64,000 bases of DNA, from positions 858-64,857 of the forward strand of contig MFGV01000084.1 in the NCBI GenBank assembly GCA_001778375.1, in the 5' to 3' direction. The DNA is from Candidatus Firestonebacteria bacterium RIFOXYD2_FULL_39_29. GTDB taxonomy: Bacteria; Oederibacteriota; D2-FULL-39-29. The number at the start of each line of letters is the position of its first letter. The stretch's first letter is position 1. This document shows positions 58,547-64,000 of this stretch, piece by piece. The position numbers and the translations under genes are program-made. The notes beneath the pieces were generated by a model. The model made no database searches. It saw only the letters and a list, made by a program, of their open reading frames with translations, and was not told where the DNA came from.

Positions 58547-59428
58547 TTATTTTATATGGTACTTTTTTCTATAATTTGTAGGATTTTTGCCGGTTAGGAG
58601 TTTAAAAGTTCTTGTAAAGTGGCTCAGATCATTAAACCCTGATACATAGCATACGTCACTAATCGAGATATTCTCGTTCAGGACAAGCCTCTTGGCTTCT
58701 TCAATTCTCAGATGAGTAATGTACTCCGTGAAAGTCCTGCCGGTAATCTTTTTGAAAACCGTGCAATAATATTCTTTTGTCAGGCCTGCTTTATTCATCG
58801 AAATGTCTTCCAGCTTTAAAGGCTCTTTAAAGTGGATGTCAATATACGAAAGGCTTTCTGTAATTGCCGCTGCTTTTTTGGATAATCTTTTCTTTTCAGG
58901 TGTTTTATTTTTCTCACTCTCATAAATACGAACCAGCATTATTAAAAGCTCAAGAATTTTTGCTTTAAGAGTTATCTCAAAGCCTGCGGGTTTTTTCTCA
59001 TATTCAAATAACATTTCAAACAAAAGAGACCTGACTTTAAGTTCGTTAACACCGGAAAGAGAAAATATTTTAAAACCTTCATCATAAAAAGGTTCAAGAT
59101 AGATAAGTTCGACAAAACCTTTTGTTTTTTTAAACAGCTTTGTATTTACTCCAAGAAAGGAAGGCGTAAATATGGCCTGTATTGTTTCAGCTTCGACTCC
59201 AAGCGGCTTAAACGAATGTTTATAGCCGGGGTTCATGAGAACGATATCACCTTTTGAGACAACTCTCTCCTCTCCGTTCAGATTATGAGAGAATTTTCCT
59301 TCAGAAACAAAAAAGAACTCAAAAAATTCATGATTATGATATTTAAAACTTTCATTAATACTGTACTTTCCTATTATAAACGGGAACTTACTGTTCTTTA
59401 TCCAATCTTTTGCCTTGAGAGTATACAT
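58547..59428 (-). CDS. AraC-family transcriptional regulator (cupin N-terminal domain)
   Basis: C-terminal double HTH (..ISDVCYVSGFNDLSHFTRTFKLLTGKNPTNYR), 293 aa. Confidence 0.9.
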   Translation of the reverse strand: MYTLKAKDWIKNSKFPFIIGKYSINESFKYHNHEFFEFFFVSEGKFSHNLNGEERVVSKGDIVLMNPGYKHSFKPLGVEAETIQAIFTPSFLGVNTKLFKKTKGFVELIYLEPFYDEGFKIFSLSGVNELKVRSLLFEMLFEYEKKPAGFEITLKAKILELLIMLVRIYESEKNKTPEKKRLSKKAAAITESLSYIDIHFKEPLKLEDISMNKAGLTKEYYCTVFKKITGRTFTEYITHLRIEEAKRLVLNENISISDVCYVSGFNDLSHFTRTFKLLTGKNPTNYRKKYHIK

Positions 59429-59439
59429 TTTCTCCGCTG

Positions 59440-59910
59440 CTATTTGAACTTTTCTGCAAATTTTGTTATACGGTCTTCTTTTATATTAAACACGCTTTCT
59501 TTGATCTTGGCTACTTTCTTCACAATAAAACGTTCAATAAAATTAAGTTTTGTAAAATCGAAAATACCTCCGAAATAATCTTTAGCAGCCGCTTTATCGT
59601 AAAGTTCAACCGGGAAATTTGTTTTTATCTGCTCTTCTGCCTTTTCGCCTTCACTCATGCAGCAGATATAGAGTCCCAGTTTCTTTTTTAGTAATACTTC
59701 CTTTTTCTTTTCACAGAATTTTCTTAGTTCTTTTTTTGCCCTGCCGGCCCGGATAGAACCTCCGATTATAACCGTATCATAAGAAGAAACATCAAAACCC
59801 GGATTATTTTTAATATCAACGATCTCGGAACCAAATATCTTGAACTTCAACAACTCAGCGCATTTCTTTGCAGCGCCGTGCCTTGTGGAATATAATATTA
59901 CTGTTGACAT
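59440..59910 (-). CDS. Flavodoxin-domain protein (HemG-like short flavodoxin)
   Basis: MSTVILYSTRHGAAKKCAELL N-terminus, 156 aa. Confidence 0.7.
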   Translation of the reverse strand: MSTVILYSTRHGAAKKCAELLKFKIFGSEIVDIKNNPGFDVSSYDTVIIGGSIRAGRAKKELRKFCEKKKEVLLKKKLGLYICCMSEGEKAEEQIKTNFPVELYDKAAAKDYFGGIFDFTKLNFIERFIVKKVAKIKESVFNIKEDRITKFAEKFK

Positions 59911-59960
59911 AAGACACTCCTTTATTTTATATCTAAACCATGCCTATTTATTGGTAAAAA

Positions 59961-60302
59961 TTAATATCCCCGCTTTCTGATATCTTTTTCTTCCAATCCA
60001 AAATAGTGGCCGATTTCATGAACAACTGTGTCTTTGATGTTTTTTCTTAACTCTTCGGGAGTTTTAGAAATAAGCTCCAGGGATTGTTTATAGAGGGTTA
60101 TTTTATCCGGCATTAAAGGTTCAAAAACCGCGCTCCGGTCTTTCAAGGGTACTCCGTGATAAAGACCAAGAAGAAGAGAGCCGTTCTTTTGCGGCGCGGA
60201 GTCATCCGCTGTAATTTGAATGTTTTTCAACTTTTCAATAAATTCCGGCGGAATAGATTTAAGAGCCTGTTCAATTTCTTTTTCAAAACCCTCAATTTGC
60301 AT
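59961..60302 (-). CDS. Small zincin-like metallopeptidase-family protein
   Basis: HEIGHYFG motif near the C-terminus, 113 aa. Confidence 0.7.
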   Translation of the reverse strand: MQIEGFEKEIEQALKSIPPEFIEKLKNIQITADDSAPQKNGSLLLGLYHGVPLKDRSAVFEPLMPDKITLYKQSLELISKTPEELRKNIKDTVVHEIGHYFGLEEKDIRKRGY

Positions 60303-60311
60303 GAGTCATAT

Positions 60312-62117
60312 CTAAAGTAATTTAACCATAGCCATTGTCAGCGCCGGAATATATGTAATAATAAGCACAGCCAGTACCATCAGCATAAGGAACTTAAAAC
60401 TGGCTTTTGTAACTTCCCCTACGGACATTTCGAATCTGTAAGCCGAGAGAAAGAGATTCATCCCTACCGGCGGAGTCAGGTAACCAAGTTCCAGGTTGGC
60501 AATAAATATAATACCAAGATGCACAGGATCAATTCCAAAGTATTTCGCTATCGGGATAATGAGAGGAACGACAACTATTATCGCCGAGAAGATGTCCATA
60601 AGGCAGCCGACAACGAGGAGAACCACATTTAAAACCAGGAGGAAGATAAGAGGACTGCTGATATGCAGCGCCACCCAGTCGCGAATTACTTCCGGTATCT
60701 GCTGAAGAACTACATAACTGGTAAAACCCATGGCAACGCCGATAATAACCAGCACTCCGCCCACCAGAATTACACACTTAAGCAGTATTTTTGGCAGGTC
60801 TTTTGTAAGGCTGATATCCTTATAAATAAATATTTCAACTATAAATGCATAAATGGCTACAAAAGCGGCGGCTTCGACAAGAGAAGTCCAACCTCCGAAT
60901 ATTCCGTAAAGAATAAGAACCGGAATTAATAATTCCCATTTCGTTTCCCAGAGAGAAGAAAGCGCGTCTTTAAGAACAAAGGGAACTCTCGCAACCTTCG
61001 CTTTGGCACCTTGCAGCATGGAAAATATTATTACGACCGCGACAAGAAGAACACCCGGAAGAATTCCTCCCTTAAAAAGATCAAGGATAGATATTTGCGC
61101 CGAGATCCCGTATAAAATCAAAGGCAGTGACGGAGGAAAAAGCAAACCGATACTTCCTGTTGCGGTCAGAAGACCTACGGAAAACTTTTTTTCATATCCG
61201 GATTTTAATAGTACCGGAAGAAGAAGACCGCCCATAGCCAGAATCGTAACACCGGAAGCACCCGTAAAAGTAGTAAAAAATGTGCAGACCATGATTGTGG
61301 CAATAGCAAGTCCGCCCGGCATCCAGCCAAACCAGGAGTTAAAAACCTTTACCATTCTCCTGCTCGCCCCGCCCTCGGCAAGGATATAACCGGTCAGTGT
61401 AAATAAAGGAATGGTTGGTAGAATAGAATCCGTAACTATTCTGTAAGTTTCCGCAGGTATTGAAGCAACGGGCTCTCCCGCGCCAAAATAAAATATTACA
61501 GCCAAACCTCCAAGACCAATAAATATCGGGGCTCCAAAAATTATCGCAGCGACTATAAGCAGCGCAAGAGGCAGGGTCAGATACGGCATAGCCGGAAAAA
61601 ACCAGGCACTAAATGCTAAAACTACGGGAAAAGCCAGCGCCGTTAGTATTTTTTCAATAAGCGTTTTTGAATAACCAAAAGCAAATCTTAGCGACATGAT
61701 CAAGAAGCCGATAGGAAGTATAAGTTCCATTACCCAGGTAGGTACGGCCAGATTGCCTGCAATACTTTCGCTTCTGACAAGCTGAACACTGGCAAGAAAA
61801 AGCGCGAAACAGATGGCTGTGCTGACAAAATTCCTGAAAATCCCTGAAATTTTCTTTGCCATATCCGGCATATACTCATCCAGCGAGGTAATAGTCAGGT
61901 GTCTTTTATCCCTGGTCGCAATGATCGCACCTACAAAACCCACCCATAAGGTCAGATGCTGAACATAGACAATCGAACCTCCAATCCCGGTATTTAAGAG
62001 CCTGCGAAAAACCATTTCTATAACAGGAATCAACGCCATAGCAAACAAAAGAATCATCGCAAAACCGTTTTCAAACTTATGGTAAAAACTTTCCAGCTTT
62101 CCCAATACTAGATTCAT
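60312..62117 (-). CDS. TRAP transporter fused small/large permease (DctQ-DctM)
   Basis: 601 aa. The N-terminal 4-TM module is followed by a 12-TM DctM-like module. Adjacent to the binding-protein gene. Confidence 0.85.
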   Translation of the reverse strand: MNLVLGKLESFYHKFENGFAMILLFAMALIPVIEMVFRRLLNTGIGGSIVYVQHLTLWVGFVGAIIATRDKRHLTITSLDEYMPDMAKKISGIFRNFVSTAICFALFLASVQLVRSESIAGNLAVPTWVMELILPIGFLIMSLRFAFGYSKTLIEKILTALAFPVVLAFSAWFFPAMPYLTLPLALLIVAAIIFGAPIFIGLGGLAVIFYFGAGEPVASIPAETYRIVTDSILPTIPLFTLTGYILAEGGASRRMVKVFNSWFGWMPGGLAIATIMVCTFFTTFTGASGVTILAMGGLLLPVLLKSGYEKKFSVGLLTATGSIGLLFPPSLPLILYGISAQISILDLFKGGILPGVLLVAVVIIFSMLQGAKAKVARVPFVLKDALSSLWETKWELLIPVLILYGIFGGWTSLVEAAAFVAIYAFIVEIFIYKDISLTKDLPKILLKCVILVGGVLVIIGVAMGFTSYVVLQQIPEVIRDWVALHISSPLIFLLVLNVVLLVVGCLMDIFSAIIVVVPLIIPIAKYFGIDPVHLGIIFIANLELGYLTPPVGMNLFLSAYRFEMSVGEVTKASFKFLMLMVLAVLIITYIPALTMAMVKLL

Positions 62118-62139
62118 ATACTCCTCTGTAGGTTTTAAA

Positions 62140-63177
62140 TTATTTCTTTTTAAGGCTCAGATATTCTAAATGGTATTTATTAACTTCTTCAAACATAGCT
62201 TTCAGCTCGGGTGTAATAAGAATCTTCGGATAAGCTCCTTTTGCTTTTTCTGTCCAGTCTTTAACCGCAGCATCGGGAATTGCATGTACTTTAAGGCCGT
62301 TTTTTACCATTATTTTAACAGCTTCGCTTTCAAGCGCTCTTATTTTTACCTTCATGTCTTCCCCTCTTTTTTGCGCAATCTTTTCGAGTTCAGGCTTGTA
62401 CTTTTCGGGTATTTTATTCCAGGCTCTTTTGCTGATAACCGTACCGCCGATCAGCGCCGCCCATTTAATATCCGTCATATTGGGAGCAAGCGCAAACCAT
62501 TGAAAAGACGCCGCCGCAATAGGAGAGGTCGAAAAAGCGTTAATTTTCTTTGTCTGCAAAGAGGTAAGCATATCGGTAATGGCTAAAGGCATAACTTTGA
62601 AACCCGCTTCTTTCCAGGCATCAAGAACACCGGTATCACCGCCCCACACAAACATCGTCTGATCCTTCATGTCATCCGAATAAATCACTTTTTTCTGCGA
62701 GAAGAACTTGACCCAGCCGACATCTCCCCAGTTAAGGACTTTGTATCCTTTTTTATCAAGAGAATCTTCAAGTTTGCTTCTGACTTTGCTTAGAATATAA
62801 TCAAGTTCATCGTAAGACTGTATCATCATAGGCATCTGCATCGCCTGCACTTCAGTGCAAATATCAGACATTCCGACAGCTGTAATAGATCCCGCATCCA
62901 GTGTACCGATACCTATCTTTCTAACCACATCTGTTTCGTCACCGACTACTCCGCCCGCATATATCCTGACAACCACTTCCCCGTTTGTAGTTTTCTTCCA
63001 GTCATCCGCCATTCCCCGGATAACTTCATACCAGGGAGAATTCTCCGGTGCCAGAGTGGCAAGCTTGATGGTAAGAGCCCCTGCGTATGTACTCATGCAA
63101 AGGAGCATTAGAACTGTAATTAGTATTATTTTTTTCACCATTAGAAATTTAAACATTTCACTCATTCTTTTAATCAT
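62140..63177 (-). CDS. TRAP transporter periplasmic solute-binding protein (DctP-type, TatT-associated)
   Basis: Signal peptide, LATLAPENSPWY..TNGEVVVRIYAGGVVGDE DctP-like N-terminal block, 345 aa. Confidence 0.8.
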   Translation of the reverse strand: MIKRMSEMFKFLMVKKIILITVLMLLCMSTYAGALTIKLATLAPENSPWYEVIRGMADDWKKTTNGEVVVRIYAGGVVGDETDVVRKIGIGTLDAGSITAVGMSDICTEVQAMQMPMMIQSYDELDYILSKVRSKLEDSLDKKGYKVLNWGDVGWVKFFSQKKVIYSDDMKDQTMFVWGGDTGVLDAWKEAGFKVMPLAITDMLTSLQTKKINAFSTSPIAAASFQWFALAPNMTDIKWAALIGGTVISKRAWNKIPEKYKPELEKIAQKRGEDMKVKIRALESEAVKIMVKNGLKVHAIPDAAVKDWTEKAKGAYPKILITPELKAMFEEVNKYHLEYLSLKKK

Positions 63178-63209
63178 GGCCGACTCTCCTTTGCCTACTT
63201 TTATCGTAA

Positions 63210-63503
63210 TTAAAGCTTCTCAGAATTTCTAACGGTGCAAGCCTCTCTCTTCATTAAAAACCTTTTTATTCTGTTCTTAAGATATCGTCTGCCCATTCCG
63301 CTTTTTAAATATTTTTCCCGGGCATAAGCATCTCCATCGTTAATACAGGCTTCAGCATACACACATTTAAATGGCCTAAAAGCTTTTGTTGATAACACTT
63401 CGCCTAAATTATGTTCGCTAATTCTTTTGTTTAAGTTCTTTGTAACGCCTACATATAGCTGTTCGTCTTTACAGCTTTGAAGCACATAAGTATATATCCA
63501 CAT
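63210..63503 (-). CDS. Small stand-alone GIY-YIG nuclease-domain protein
   Basis: IYTYVLQS..EQLYVGVTKNLNKRISEHN, 97 aa. Confidence 0.85.
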   Translation of the reverse strand: MWIYTYVLQSCKDEQLYVGVTKNLNKRISEHNLGEVLSTKAFRPFKCVYAEACINDGDAYAREKYLKSGMGRRYLKNRIKRFLMKREACTVRNSEKL

Positions 63504-63518
63504 ACACGGTCCCCTCGT

Positions 63519-63619
63519 CCCGTTAGAAAATCAAATATCTAAGCGCATAAAACCAAGTAAAAATTGCAGAAATCTAATCTAAATCCCAAAAAACCCTGCC
63601 CATTAAATTTTCTAACGGG
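63519..63619. repeat. 13-bp perfect inverted repeat between tatT and the GIY-YIG gene
   Basis: CCCGTTAGAAAAT (63519-31) / ATTTTCTAACGGG (63607-19). A third partial copy, TTTCTAACGG, is at 63226-35 inside the GIY-YIG 3' end. Confidence 0.8.
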
Positions 63620-64000
63620 ATTCAGTTGGTTCCTCGATCAGGAAGTAGTCATTTATATTGTCCAGCATAAATTTTGCTCTTCTTTGGAAGATAATATTGG
63701 ACAATCTGCTTTCAGGATATTTATCGGCATCTATTGCCATCGCTTTGTCTATAAGTTCTTTAAATTCTTTTAAATCCTGTTTACTTTGAGATATTGCAGC
63801 AAGAGAAAGATATGTGCTGACTTTCTTTCCTTTGTTTATTTCTATCGCCCTGTTAAAATGTTCTCTTGCTCTTTTTTCACTGCCTCCCATGGATTCTGAC
63901 CGGCTGCCATCCCATGAGATAAAAAAATCATGAGCCGAACCGTCATCAAAGGTCTCATCAAGTTCAAGGACACGCCCAACTAAGGCCGCGCCAATGGTGG
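63612..64000 (-). CDS. TatT-like TPR protein associated with TRAP transporters; N-terminus beyond the right edge
   Basis: The frame is open to the edge. My translation reads ..LDETFDDGSAHDFFISWDGSRSESMGGSEKRAREHFNRAIEINKGKKVSTYLSLA.., resembling the TatT family C-terminus. Confidence 0.65.
   Translation of the reverse strand, partial: TIGAALVGRVLELDETFDDGSAHDFFISWDGSRSESMGGSEKRAREHFNRAIEINKGKKVSTYLSLAAISQSKQDLKEFKELIDKAMAIDADKYPESRLSNIIFQRRAKFMLDNINDYFLIEEPTESR

Overview
AT-rich 64 kb chromosomal segment from a diderm-type bacterium (lpxA/lpxI, TonB and a TonB-dependent receptor). It is probably anaerobic (NfnAB-like oxidoreductase) and has no obvious match to a well-studied genome. All calls rest on motif recognition by eye; no searches were run. 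There are about 60 genes. Every gene from 1 to 50444 is on the minus strand; only two short plus-strand islands follow (50667-51836 and 54690-56820). Main contents, left to right:
- polA (open at the left edge), a DksA-like protein with a Lys-rich tail, and an Orn/Lys/Arg decarboxylase.
- A cobalamin-riboswitch-controlled cobamide uptake/salvage operon: an AP-endonuclease-2/xylose-isomerase-fold gene that looks like the cobamide-remodelling enzyme CbiR, then btuC, btuD, cobO, cobT, cobU, cobS, btuB and tonB.
- uppP, gltX, a HIT protein, ispF, a CBS-GGDEF protein, an aminotransferase, a NagA-like amidohydrolase and a GNAT.
- A groES-groEL-dnaK block preceded by a textbook sigma-54 promoter.
- A small accessory island: a RAYT transposase bracketed by palindromic REPs, a frameshifted gene and a secreted WD40 protein.
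- rluA, two Gfo/Idh/MocA oxidoreductases around a DUF2233-like protein, GAF-HD-GYP, nfnAB, a D-Cys desulfhydrase/ACC deaminase family gene, a HEAT lipoprotein, a ZIP transporter and tRNA-Ala(GGC).
- An alr-lpxA-lpxI-unknown operon, an AAA/DUF4143 ATPase, an AlkD-like gene and a TPR / cNMP-binding / Zn-ribbon-pseudopilin-like trio.
- An AraC regulator plus a long ADP-ribosylglycohydrolase, and a TatT-type TRAP transporter interrupted by a small GIY-YIG gene (tatT open at the right edge).
The most unusual signal is non-coding. Almost every intergenic spacer is built from phased, degenerate ~7-nt word arrays, often as inverted arms around an AT-rich core with small GC hairpins. Several of these modules recur as dispersed repeat families in both orientations. 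I know of no description of this outside the cyanobacterial STRR heptamers.
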